Virus record (IMG/VR): IMGVR_UViG_3300042691_030495
Direction: 5' to 3' (one strand)
Length of the DNA: 64,000 nt
DNA from: a virus
Part shown: piece by piece, positions 19,101-27,373 of the stretch
Layout of the letters: every line of letters starts with the position of its first letter
How positions within the stretch are numbered: position 1 is the first letter of the stretch
Notes under the pieces: generated by a model
What the model was told of the DNA's origin: nothing
Database searches by the model: none
What the model saw: only the letters and a program-made list of their open reading frames with translations
Position numbers and translations under genes: made by a program

Positions 19101-20675
19101 CCACCTCGCTCTAAGAGCAAGTACTCCTACTTCCACACTGGTGTTGTTCGCACAGACGCTGGTAAGGATATTCCAGTCGGACAGCTAACTCTTGCAGGCG
19201 GCCACGCAGATTTAACTGCTAGCGCATCTCAGGCTGCTAAGCACTACGACGACACCGCTTCAGCAATTGCTGACGTTTGCGCCGGAGAAGACGAGTACGG
19301 AATCTACGTATGCGGTTCACTACGCCCAGGCGCAACCGAAATGCAGATTCGTGCACTACGCGCTTCTGCTCCTTCAGGCGACTGGAGACCAATCAACGGC
19401 TCACTTGAGCTAGTTGCAGTTTGCCAAGTTAACGTCCCAGGATTCCCTATTGCTCGTGCACTTGTTGCATCTGGCAAGGTTATGGCTTTGGTTGCTGCTG
19501 GCGCTAGCTTCTTTGCAATTATGAAGAGCGAGCACGTAGAGCACTTTGTAACTAGAGCAGAGCGTCTATCTCAGCTAGCTGCTTCAACTCCAGACTTAAA
19601 GTCTAGAGTTAAGAAAGCCAAAAAAGAAGCCAAGACTTATGCAATAACCGCTGCGGCTAAAAAGGTTGAGACCATGCGTGAGCGGGCACTTATTGCTGCT
19701 GCTGCAGCCGAGCTTTCAAAGATTAGCGAATTGCAGCGTAAACATCTTGCAGTATCTGGCAAAGCACTTCCAGATGGCTCATACCCGATTCGCAACGTAG
19801 AAGATCTAAAGAATGCAATACAGGCTTACGGAAGATCAAATCCAGAAGATCGCAAAGCGGTTAGAGCTCACATTCGCAAGCGCGCAGAAGCTTTAGGTAA
19901 AACTGACCTAGTTCCAGAAAACTGGAAGGCTGCTGCCATTGTAGATGTGCAGAGCTCCGCAGAAAAGATGCGCTCAGTTATTGCAGCTGTCAACGCAAAG
20001 CTTACTGAGTTTGCTGAAGTCGACGAGATCACTGACGCTGACCTAGAAAAGCTTAAGGACGCTAAAACAGAAGCTGACAAGCAGACCGAAGAAGAAATTC
20101 AGCAGGCAGAAGACGTCCGCACTGGAAAGACTACTGCAGAAGATAAGTTTGATGAGGATGGCCGCACAAAATTTACGCCAAAGACTCAGCCTCGCGATGC
20201 TAAAGGTAAGTACCGCAAGGTCTTGGCTAGATTAAAGCAGAACCTAGGAGTAGCCGGTCTACAGAAGGCACTACTTAAGGTTCAAGAAGCCGAAAACCTA
20301 GAGTTTTCCGGTAACTACACCAAGTCGGCTGCTGCCAGCTCAGAGCTTTTGGACATGATTGACAGATTGGACACTAAGGCGCTAAACCCAGAGGCCTTGG
20401 AGAACGTTCGACTAACTGCCGCAGAGCTAGGCAAGACTATTGCCAACCTGCCCCTGCCTTTTGGCAAGGAATCATCAAAATTAAGATTTAGCGATTTACC
20501 GTCTGGACTCAAGGATCTCATCGAAAAGATGATTACTCGGGTCGAGGCCAAAATCGGTAAAGAAGACGCGGCCGTCGCCACTAAAGGCCTGCAGTCCTAT
20601 ATGTCTGGAGCAGATGTCTACTCCCAGGGTGAAATTCAGTCTGAGATGAGCAAGCTACTCCGACTCCTTACCTAA
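16116..20675 (+). CDS. multidomain capsid maturation protease
   Basis: HK97/assemblin-like domain (SGDGRKF..LPLPLLWQ..GH..VVGRID..GVSAD..IVAKPAF), second related domain (GHIAAW..SGDWR..VNVPGFP), IAWALWGGD domain, KIRWGTPGD..RC domain, DGSYPI (DUF6582-like) domain. Confidence 0.8.
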   Translation: MNNLIGRSGSLSLYANNEHGVIIDSSIGAVVASGAASDVYFLESWDLPTDPGAKAEILLAEKALSALEEKAIVAAADRMYTIPKTVQAEAKKALEWRKEENRGGTPVGLNTARTLAKGGQIGIRKIRHIAKYFPRHEVDKKGKGWKPGQENYPSNGRIAWALWGGDAAWRWARTIVERENKKPVTSGGYYPGQTNFETSSEDINPFKYANDLDMHYGPEFLVRVCLDGSGMDRLYMVDIDGSIYVWDDSNWDNMGHVDGDVWTYDRMLDDVYDTQEKTHVIIDPQSALQIAARMAVDPGCKVTMYELDQDEAALTMSGLQDEDWDFIDQVIVAAGTADPTTSQADKDGDGVLDSDFLSEKAENQPRDARGQFAAAGSRVIVGGDAQRGSGVITKVDSKTGMVSVRLDSGKEIEVDAKYTEGEKGFVGPRAVPKTVAPLDLSGIIGESRTPINMPNAHLPGTLPPMSSRDIDNMLYNWPKYVSDMRSSYKPADAADKERVKKTWGLEKFAGENSIVAAAETEKTLTPATSDVPPKYLAIVTEENPQDVVDLVALVPASATSTEPIAYTRDGDKWVRDDQTMADLRSSTKPPVIELDKESLNDVLTQMSETEKAPTKGIEEFSTLKNINAIFDAFVAAGGLDRNRGNAEELRRYWTSGKGAAKIRWGTPGDWTRCVRQLSKYMGPRAKGYCQLRHKDATGVYTGSRLNPGRENSMESQMFSSLEDFNQKVIAHSELVARAAHAKERFAVTAGATPMMDSGARFTIPLLIPEELESGDGRKFKKDSITLRELPLPLLWQIKTGEGHAGSVVVGRIDYIERTENGLGNAYGVFDTGAYGKEAERLVRNGFLRGVSADLDQFEAKEDKKPKPEGSAELEDEGEIGKDKLTVNRARVMAATIVAKPAFQECTISIDESGYQEEENMPLTDGLYEETIDSTVVPLVASGFLDSEIPVVPPQDWFENPNLTKPTPLTVDPSGRIYGHIAAWHVNHIGMPRSTRPPRSKSKYSYFHTGVVRTDAGKDIPVGQLTLAGGHADLTASASQAAKHYDDTASAIADVCAGEDEYGIYVCGSLRPGATEMQIRALRASAPSGDWRPINGSLELVAVCQVNVPGFPIARALVASGKVMALVAAGASFFAIMKSEHVEHFVTRAERLSQLAASTPDLKSRVKKAKKEAKTYAITAAAKKVETMRERALIAAAAAELSKISELQRKHLAVSGKALPDGSYPIRNVEDLKNAIQAYGRSNPEDRKAVRAHIRKRAEALGKTDLVPENWKAAAIVDVQSSAEKMRSVIAAVNAKLTEFAEVDEITDADLEKLKDAKTEADKQTEEEIQQAEDVRTGKTTAEDKFDEDGRTKFTPKTQPRDAKGKYRKVLARLKQNLGVAGLQKALLKVQEAENLEFSGNYTKSAAASSELLDMIDRLDTKALNPEALENVRLTAAELGKTIANLPLPFGKESSKLRFSDLPSGLKDLIEKMITRVEAKIGKEDAAVATKGLQSYMSGADVYSQGEIQSEMSKLLRLLT

Positions 20676-20682
20676 AAAGTAA

Positions 20683-20690
20683 GGTAAAAT
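20683..20690 (+). promoter_or_regulatory. GGTAAAAT late-type -10 element for capsid operon
   Basis: Motif precedes a ~100-nt structured leader with AGGAGG SD. Confidence 0.6.
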
Positions 20691-20796
20691 TAGTGGTGGG
20701 TCGAGCGCCTCACGCTTTATGCGAAGAGTCCCTCAACCTTGACTATGATCACGGACGCTAAACTGACGTCCAAAACTAACTGGCCTAGGAGGTACA

Positions 20797-22791
20797 GTGT
20801 ACGACCAAATTAAAACTCAGCTGGACACCATCGCTGAGCTTAGCGACGAACAAGTCGCAGAGCTTCAGTCAGATGTTGTTTCGCAGTTTGAACTGGTTGA
20901 GGGTGAAGATCCTACTCCTGAGACAGTTGATGCTATGACGTCGCTAGCCGATTCTCTTGACATGATTCGTGGCGAGCTTTCTCGCCGTGAGTCATTGGCT
21001 GCAGAGCTTGCAGCAAAGGCCGCTGAAGCCGTTGCTCGTGTTAAGGGCCAGGCTGACGACGCAGGAGAGGAAATGGCTATGACCGAAGACGAGCCTATGG
21101 AGGACGAAACTCCTATGGAGGACGCCCCTATGGAGGAAGCACCAGCTTCTGAACCAGAGGCCGAAGTCGAGGTAGAGGCAAAAGAAGAAGACAAAGAAGA
21201 TGAGGATGAGGCCATGAAGGCTTCAGCTGAAATTTCTGAGGACGCTCCCGAGCTTGTTACCGAAAGCCCAGTCGAAGCAGAAGCTTCTTCAGAAGAAGTT
21301 GCAGAAATTGCAACTTCAGAAGAAGTTGTTGCTGAAGCATCAACCAATCAGGAAGACGGTTCTGAACTATCAACAACCGAAGAAACCGCAGTAGAAACTG
21401 CAGAACTAGCAACTGAAGTTGCTGAAGGTTCTGAAGCTTCAACTGAAGAAAATATCGAATCATCAATCGCTCTTGTAGAAGAGCAGGAAGAGCAGGCCCC
21501 AGTGACCGCCGCAGCCGAACAGCCTTTCGAGGCCCCAGCTGACCGTCAGCCTGTTGTTCAGGTAACCGAAGCTCCAGTGGCAATCACCGCTGGCGCAGAT
21601 ATTCCTGGCTACACCGCTGGCAGCACAATCAACGACATGTACGAGGTAGCCCAGGCTATGGAGAAGCGCATCCACTCGCTTCGTCGTGTCAACGGAGGAG
21701 ACGGAGAGCAGCACATTGTTGCATCTGTAACCACCTCGTTCCCAGAGGAGCGCGTCCTCTCAACCGATGCAGAGTCTAACTCGATCAAGATCAACGCTGT
21801 TTCAAGCCAGGCACTTGTTGCTTCTGGTGGACACGCAGCGCCTCTAGAGGTCAAGTACGACATCTACGCAATCGGTTCTACCACTAACCGCCCAGTACGT
21901 GACTCATTGCCACGTTTCCAGGCAGACCGCGGTGGTATCCGTTACGTAACCCCACCAAGCTTTGCTGCTGGTTCATATGCTGACGCTGTTGGCGTTTGGA
22001 CTGCTGCTGTAGACGCTGACCCAGAGGCTGCTGTAAAGGCAAGCCTAACTGTTTCAGCTGCTGCAGAGCTTACTGCTACCACTGACGCTGTAACCCTACA
22101 GCTACAGTTCGGTAACCTTATGACTCGCGCTTACCCAGAGTTGATTGCTCGCCACAACGAGCTAGCTCTAGTACAGCACGCACGTGAGGCTGAGCAGTAC
22201 GTAATTAGCAAGATTGAGGCCGGCTCTACCGCTGTTACTTCTGGAACCCTAATCGGTTTTGGTCGCGACTTCCTAGTGTCAGTCCGCAAGGCAGCTGTTG
22301 CTTACCGTTCCCGTCACCGCATTGCTCAGAGCACTACTCTGACCGCAATTGTTCCTGACTGGATCTACGACGCAATGGCAGCTGACCTAGCTCTAGCTAT
22401 GCCAGGAGACGGTACTCTGTCTGTTGGCCGTGGCGAGATCGAGGGCTACCTAGCACAGCTAAACGTGAACCTAGTTGCATCACCTGACATGACCGTTTAC
22501 GGTTCTCAGGGTACTGCTGCACTTCTAGAGTTCCCAGACAGCTTCAAGTGGTACCTATTCGCTGAGGGAACATTCTTGTTCCTTGACGGTGGTTCACTAG
22601 ACCTAGGTATCATCCGCGACAGCTCCCTTGTTGGAACCAACGACTACAAGATGTTCGTTGAGACCTTCGAAGGTGTTGCAAAGGTTGGTATCGAGGCACT
22701 TGTTGTCACCCAGACCGTTAACGTTAACGGTGTGGCTGCTGCTCTACGCGACACCACTGGTGGCGCAACCGCAGCTGCAATCGAGGTCTAA
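20797..22791 (+). CDS. major capsid protein (hexamer-type) with N-terminal acidic scaffold region
   Basis: AGGAGG SD; ~340-aa E-rich leader ending ALVASGG followed by ~320-aa capsid domain (LPRFQADRGGI, LDLGIIRDS, NDYKMFVETFEG); highly biased codons. Confidence 0.85.
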   Translation: MYDQIKTQLDTIAELSDEQVAELQSDVVSQFELVEGEDPTPETVDAMTSLADSLDMIRGELSRRESLAAELAAKAAEAVARVKGQADDAGEEMAMTEDEPMEDETPMEDAPMEEAPASEPEAEVEVEAKEEDKEDEDEAMKASAEISEDAPELVTESPVEAEASSEEVAEIATSEEVVAEASTNQEDGSELSTTEETAVETAELATEVAEGSEASTEENIESSIALVEEQEEQAPVTAAAEQPFEAPADRQPVVQVTEAPVAITAGADIPGYTAGSTINDMYEVAQAMEKRIHSLRRVNGGDGEQHIVASVTTSFPEERVLSTDAESNSIKINAVSSQALVASGGHAAPLEVKYDIYAIGSTTNRPVRDSLPRFQADRGGIRYVTPPSFAAGSYADAVGVWTAAVDADPEAAVKASLTVSAAAELTATTDAVTLQLQFGNLMTRAYPELIARHNELALVQHAREAEQYVISKIEAGSTAVTSGTLIGFGRDFLVSVRKAAVAYRSRHRIAQSTTLTAIVPDWIYDAMAADLALAMPGDGTLSVGRGEIEGYLAQLNVNLVASPDMTVYGSQGTAALLEFPDSFKWYLFAEGTFLFLDGGSLDLGIIRDSSLVGTNDYKMFVETFEGVAKVGIEALVVTQTVNVNGVAAALRDTTGGATAAAIEV

Positions 22792-22814
22792 ACCCCGATA
22801 GCAAATCTCGTAGC

Positions 22815-22840
22815 GGGGGAGGTCAGCAATGGCCTCCCCC
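22815..22840 (+). terminator. GC-rich hairpin without U-tract (attenuator or mRNA-stabilising)
   Basis: GGGGGAGGTCA-GCAA-TGGCCTCCCCC. Confidence 0.6.
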
Positions 22841-22879
22841 AATACAGAAAAATATAAGACTTAACTTAAAGGATTTTAA

Positions 22880-23755
22880 ATGGCTTTCACAAAGACTGGT
22901 GTTGTAACAGCACCGAAGATTGTGCCATCGGCTTTTGGCCTACTCGCCGTAGTTAAGCCAGAAAATGGTCCTAATGAGGATCAGTGGATCCGAGGATTCT
23001 CCCAGGAATGGGAAACAACACTTTATTCAGCAACTAACTGGGACGACTCTGACTCTTCCGATGGTGAAGTAGTAGCTGCTGGAACACCAACTTACTACAC
23101 AGAGATCAAGCCTTTCTTCATTGAAGCAGAAGAGCTCCGCTCAACTCTAGGATTTAACGGCCTTGACCGTATCGAGCGTCTAAAGAGACAGATCGAAGGC
23201 GTCACCCAGCACGCTATGGAAGTAGAGCTTTGGGATGGTGCTGTCCGCAAGGGAGAGAGCCACGCAAACTTAGCTCTTTCGGATGCATCTGCCACTATTC
23301 TTAATGGCGGAACCGCACTTTCACCTCGCCGTGCACTTGCTCTTTTAGAGTACTCAATCGGTCAGGCTTCAGACGGCGGTGAGCAGGGAGTGATTCACGT
23401 AACTCGTGACGTTGCAGCACTGCTTTCTAGTAACTCAAACATGATTTTCCACGAGACTGAAGTAGACCACCTGCAGACTATGGGTGGCACTCCAGTTATC
23501 GTTGGTTCTGGTTACACAGGTACTGGACCAGACGGTGCAACTGGCGCAAGCGCGTCAGCCACCAACAAATGGATTTACGCCACCGGCACCGTTCGCACTT
23601 ACGTGGGCGATGTCGATGTAGTAAACGACAATCTAGCGCAAGCATATGATGTGTCGGGAAATCAAAATGACATGCGTCTCAAGGCAATCCGCCCAGCTGC
23701 GGTTTACTTTGACACATCCATCCACCTCGCTGTTCGAGTCGATCTAACAGCCTAA
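22880..23755 (+). CDS. second capsid protein (pentamer-type, as in cluster B mycobacteriophages)
   Basis: Follows MCP; FGLL, VE..LWDG, G.IH, T.GTPV..G.GY, WIYATG.V motifs. Confidence 0.7.
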   Translation: MAFTKTGVVTAPKIVPSAFGLLAVVKPENGPNEDQWIRGFSQEWETTLYSATNWDDSDSSDGEVVAAGTPTYYTEIKPFFIEAEELRSTLGFNGLDRIERLKRQIEGVTQHAMEVELWDGAVRKGESHANLALSDASATILNGGTALSPRRALALLEYSIGQASDGGEQGVIHVTRDVAALLSSNSNMIFHETEVDHLQTMGGTPVIVGSGYTGTGPDGATGASASATNKWIYATGTVRTYVGDVDVVNDNLAQAYDVSGNQNDMRLKAIRPAAVYFDTSIHLAVRVDLTA

Positions 23756-23777
23756 GAAACATAAGGAGAATAGCTAA

Positions 23778-24884
23778 ATGGCTACTCAAGAATATGCTGC
23801 CAGCATTCAGGGTGTGTCAATCCGTGTCACCCGCCTAGATTCTGCCGGCAACCTACTAACTGGTCCAGCTGACAGTTACACAACCTCTGCTTTCATGCGT
23901 ATCTCGTTTACACCTGAGTACGAAGAAGGCGACGAGATCACCGAAAAAGGCGCTAATGGCGTTGTTTGCGTAACCTACAAGGCTCCAGACACCCTAAAGC
24001 GTATCACCATGGAACTTGCTATTTGTGAGCCAGACCCAGAGCTATCCGCTCTGATCTCTGGTGGTCTACTTCTTCGCAAGGATCTAGGAAGCGCTGGATC
24101 TCCTAACCACAAGTCAATTGGTTGGGCTGCTCCTGGTGTTGGTGACGACCCTGCTGGTAACGGTGTTGCCATCGAAGCTTGGTCTCACGCAGTTAAGGAC
24201 GGAAAGCGCGCAGGCGTTCTTCCTTACTTCCACTGGATCTTCCCATACGTGAAGATGCGTCAGTCTGGTGACCGCGTCATCGAAAACGGTCTACTAGCTA
24301 ACACCTTCGAAGGTTACGGTCTAGGAAACTCTTCATTCCAGGCAGGCATTGACGGCCGTTGGGAGTTCCCAGTTGCTGCAGAGCGTCCATACGCTTATGC
24401 ACGTTCTGAGTGGGCACCTACTGGTCTAAACGGCTTCTACAGCTGGACTGATGGAACTGGACCTGTTGTATTCACTTCAGCTACAGCTAAGCAGCCTACA
24501 GCGATCACTATTGATTCAGCAGCTACAACAGTAACTGACACTAAGTCAACCATTACCTTCAGCGCTGCCCCTGGTATCGCAGTTGGAGATGAGATTTACG
24601 TTCAGAACCTAGGTACTCTATTCAACGGTACTTGGACAGTTGCAAGCATCTCTGGATCATCGGTTAGCTTTGTGAACGCTGCCGTCACCGCAGATACTAC
24701 TGGTGTAGTCGGTTCTGGAGCTCGTGTAACTGTATCTGACAGTGTCACCGAGACCTACCCAGCACCTACTCCAACTACTACCGCTCAAATTGGTACTGGT
24801 GGAAACACCTTCAACGTTCCAGGTAACGTCAACTACAACGCTGACGTAGCGATCGACAACATCATCGCTTCGAACGAGAACTAA
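23778..24884 (+). CDS. major tail protein with C-terminal accessory domain
   Basis: IRVTRLD..G, EITEKGANG..C, C.PDP, YFHWIFP; AAGGAG SD; biased codons. Confidence 0.8.
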   Translation: MATQEYAASIQGVSIRVTRLDSAGNLLTGPADSYTTSAFMRISFTPEYEEGDEITEKGANGVVCVTYKAPDTLKRITMELAICEPDPELSALISGGLLLRKDLGSAGSPNHKSIGWAAPGVGDDPAGNGVAIEAWSHAVKDGKRAGVLPYFHWIFPYVKMRQSGDRVIENGLLANTFEGYGLGNSSFQAGIDGRWEFPVAAERPYAYARSEWAPTGLNGFYSWTDGTGPVVFTSATAKQPTAITIDSAATTVTDTKSTITFSAAPGIAVGDEIYVQNLGTLFNGTWTVASISGSSVSFVNAAVTADTTGVVGSGARVTVSDSVTETYPAPTPTTTAQIGTGGNTFNVPGNVNYNADVAIDNIIASNEN

Positions 24885-24895
24885 ATAGTTTAAAG

Positions 24896-24936
24896 ACGGG
24901 TGGTAGCTTGAGCAACTAGCTTAGGCTACCGCCCGT
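24896..24936 (+). terminator. long hairpin after major tail gene
   Basis: ACGGGTGGTAGCTTGAGC-AACTA-GCTTAGGCTACCGCCCGT (18-bp stem with G-U pairs). Confidence 0.6.
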
Positions 24937-24958
24937 TAAACTTATCTAAGAGGTAAAG

Positions 24959-26077
24959 ATGACCAACAACTTGTGGATTCAGCCCGAAGAGATGGGCGAC
25001 TATTCGTATACTGAGTATACGTTAGAGGCTGCTAAGACCGCGTCATACCTGCTTTGGGCAATGTCAGGCCGTAAGTATACTGGCGAAACTACTGTAACCG
25101 AGCGTTATACCTGTACCCTACGCAATAACCGTATGGGCCCATCAACTAAGACCAACTCTCCAGTTCTTTTTGGTGGAGACGTTTACAATATTCCCTCTGG
25201 CGACTACGATGAGTATTCAGAGCTGACTTCTGACGGCATGTCCCCTGACTCACGAATCAAACTTCGTGGTCGTCCAGTAACTAAAATTCACGCTATAAGA
25301 AACAGGCTTGGGGACATTTTAGATCCGTCAAGCTACTACCTTGTAGACCACTCAACCATTCACATCAAGGCCGGAACCCCTTGGACCCCATGTAACACCG
25401 AGGTTACATACTCCTACGGAACTCCTGTGCCAATTGCTGGAAAGATGGCTGCCCGTAAACTTGCTATCGAGTTTGCCAGACTTTGGTCAGGCGATGAGGC
25501 TTGTGAGCTTCCTCAGCGTGTAACCTCTGTATCACGCCAGGGCGTTTCTTACACAATCCTCGACAACCAAGAGTTTATTGACGAGCTCCGCACAGGGCTA
25601 TACGAAATTGACTTATTCCTTAAGGTTGCTAACCCAGACAACGCTCGCCGCAAGTCCAAGGTATTCTCTGTCGACACACCACGTGCAAGAAGGTACACAC
25701 CGAAAACTGTTGTTATGACACCAAGCGCCCAGTATGACTTGACTTTAGTAAAAGGTGAACCAGCTACTTGGTCTTCCGTTGGTCTCACAGCTGTTGACCT
25801 TGACAACTTCTTCCCGGACACTGGATGGACCCCTGTGATAACACTAAGAAGCTACTCTGGATCCAGAGCAGTTGACTTAGATAATTCAGATTTTAGTTTG
25901 AATTCTGGAGCTCAGACAATAACGTTTACAGTCCCATACGACAAAGCGCTTAGGGCTCTTGGGATGGTAGATCCTGGAACCTGGACCCTATACGCAACTA
26001 AAACAATAAGCAATGTCCCAAATATAATAGAACTTGCGTCTGGAAACCTTCAGATCAAGATGTATCCAACTGAGTAA
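24959..26077 (+). CDS. head-to-tail adaptor with C-terminal extension
   Basis: ASYLLWAMSGR, CELPQRVTSVSRQGVS, TGLYEIDLFL..NP motifs of actinophage adaptors. Confidence 0.75.
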   Translation: MTNNLWIQPEEMGDYSYTEYTLEAAKTASYLLWAMSGRKYTGETTVTERYTCTLRNNRMGPSTKTNSPVLFGGDVYNIPSGDYDEYSELTSDGMSPDSRIKLRGRPVTKIHAIRNRLGDILDPSSYYLVDHSTIHIKAGTPWTPCNTEVTYSYGTPVPIAGKMAARKLAIEFARLWSGDEACELPQRVTSVSRQGVSYTILDNQEFIDELRTGLYEIDLFLKVANPDNARRKSKVFSVDTPRARRYTPKTVVMTPSAQYDLTLVKGEPATWSSVGLTAVDLDNFFPDTGWTPVITLRSYSGSRAVDLDNSDFSLNSGAQTITFTVPYDKALRALGMVDPGTWTLYATKTISNVPNIIELASGNLQIKMYPTE

Positions 26078-26090
26078 GAAAGAGCAAATA

Positions 26091-26258
26091 ATGGCACAGA
26101 TGATGACAAACTTTACCGCCGCAGATATGCCTGGCGCTAATGTTAAGAAGGCAGCTCCAGCTCCTAGAGCAAAGGCTCCTAAGGTTGAAGCACCTGTAGT
26201 AGAAGAAACTGTTGTAGAGGCTCCAGTAGTAGAAGAGTCTGCTCCAGTAGAGGAGTAA
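26091..26258 (+). CDS. small low-complexity protein (55 aa)
   Basis: ATG 26091 after GAAAGAG; KAP/EAPVVEE repeats. Confidence 0.6.
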   Translation: MAQMMTNFTAADMPGANVKKAAPAPRAKAPKVEAPVVEETVVEAPVVEESAPVEE

Positions 26259-26262
26259 TCTA

Positions 26263-26766
26263 ATGACCTATATCGATGGTTCCGGTGTCTTAGAGGATGC
26301 AACAAACCTCAGAGACATGATGGACGGCATAGTTGAGCGTGTGGAGACTGTGTTCCAGTCATACAACGTTAACCTACCGAACCGTCGATACTGGACTATC
26401 GGACAGCCTGCGATTGACTGCGAACAAGTTGTAGTTTCGTTTATTCAAATGTACTTAGGTGCACCTGGAGATGAAGCAAGCTCTCCGCAGAGATGTAACG
26501 TACCTAGAAGCGCTGTTGTCACTATATCTATCGCCAGAGCCGTGCCTATAGTTGGACCAAACGGTCGTCCGCCATCTCCTGAAAAAATACAAGAAGCTTC
26601 TGCTGTATCAGCGATTGATGCCTGGGTTCTTATGGATGCCGTAAGACTTTTTGATATGTGGGACGGCAGTGGTTATGGTGTTGGTGTTATTGCAACTGTA
26701 GATATAACTCCTCCCGAGGGTGGTTTTCAGACAGTAAACATGAACTTAACTTTGGCGGTTCCATAA
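26263..26766 (+). CDS. tail terminator/neck protein (putative)
   Basis: Position; PAIDC..P.GG motifs. Confidence 0.55.
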   Translation: MTYIDGSGVLEDATNLRDMMDGIVERVETVFQSYNVNLPNRRYWTIGQPAIDCEQVVVSFIQMYLGAPGDEASSPQRCNVPRSAVVTISIARAVPIVGPNGRPPSPEKIQEASAVSAIDAWVLMDAVRLFDMWDGSGYGVGVIATVDITPPEGGFQTVNMNLTLAVP

Positions 26767-26767
26767 A

Positions 26768-27286
26768 ATGCCACTAGGCGGCTTCATACCAGACAGTCCC
26801 TGGATTTATTACGCCAACAAATTTAATAATCACGTAAGAAAGTATGGCAAAGGGGCTGTCGGCTCTCCGGGGACTGCTTTTACTTTTGCAGTGGGTGGTG
26901 TAGTAATCTACAAAGCTGCGCTCCACAAAGAACTTAACACTAGCTCTGGTGGTCTATGGAAGACACTAGAAATTCGGGGTAACAAAGCTGTAAAGGGTGC
27001 TAAGCGCATGGTTGGTGTAAAAACCGGCAGGCTTAGGGCCTCTATTCACATGCGGCATACTGGAAATGCTACCGGTCAATATCTTTGGATTGGGTCTCAA
27101 GTCAACTACGCATATATGCACCACCAGGGTACTCGTCCTCATTTAATCTCTCCTAAAGCTGGAGGAAAAGTACTTAGATTTTCGAGTAAAGGGAGACTTG
27201 TAGTTACTCCGGGGCCAGTAATGCATCCAGGCACTAGACCTAATCCATACCTTTCAGCGCAGCTTCGCCACTTTGCGTTCCGATAA
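26768..27286 (+). CDS. HK97 gp10-like tail completion protein
   Basis: VKTGRLRASI, YA..H.GTRPH.I, V.HPGT..NPYL. Confidence 0.7.
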   Translation: MPLGGFIPDSPWIYYANKFNNHVRKYGKGAVGSPGTAFTFAVGGVVIYKAALHKELNTSSGGLWKTLEIRGNKAVKGAKRMVGVKTGRLRASIHMRHTGNATGQYLWIGSQVNYAYMHHQGTRPHLISPKAGGKVLRFSSKGRLVVTPGPVMHPGTRPNPYLSAQLRHFAFR

Positions 27287-27301
27287 GCCTACAAACAATA
27301 G

Positions 27302-27309
27302 GGTAAAAT
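27302..27309 (+). promoter_or_regulatory. GGTAAAAT late-type -10 element
   Basis: Upstream of tail assembly chaperone. Confidence 0.55.
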
Positions 27310-27373
27310 AGTAACAGTAAGCTATGTTGCTTATAAATGACTAAAGAAAAAAAGAAAGAAAGAAGATATAAAA

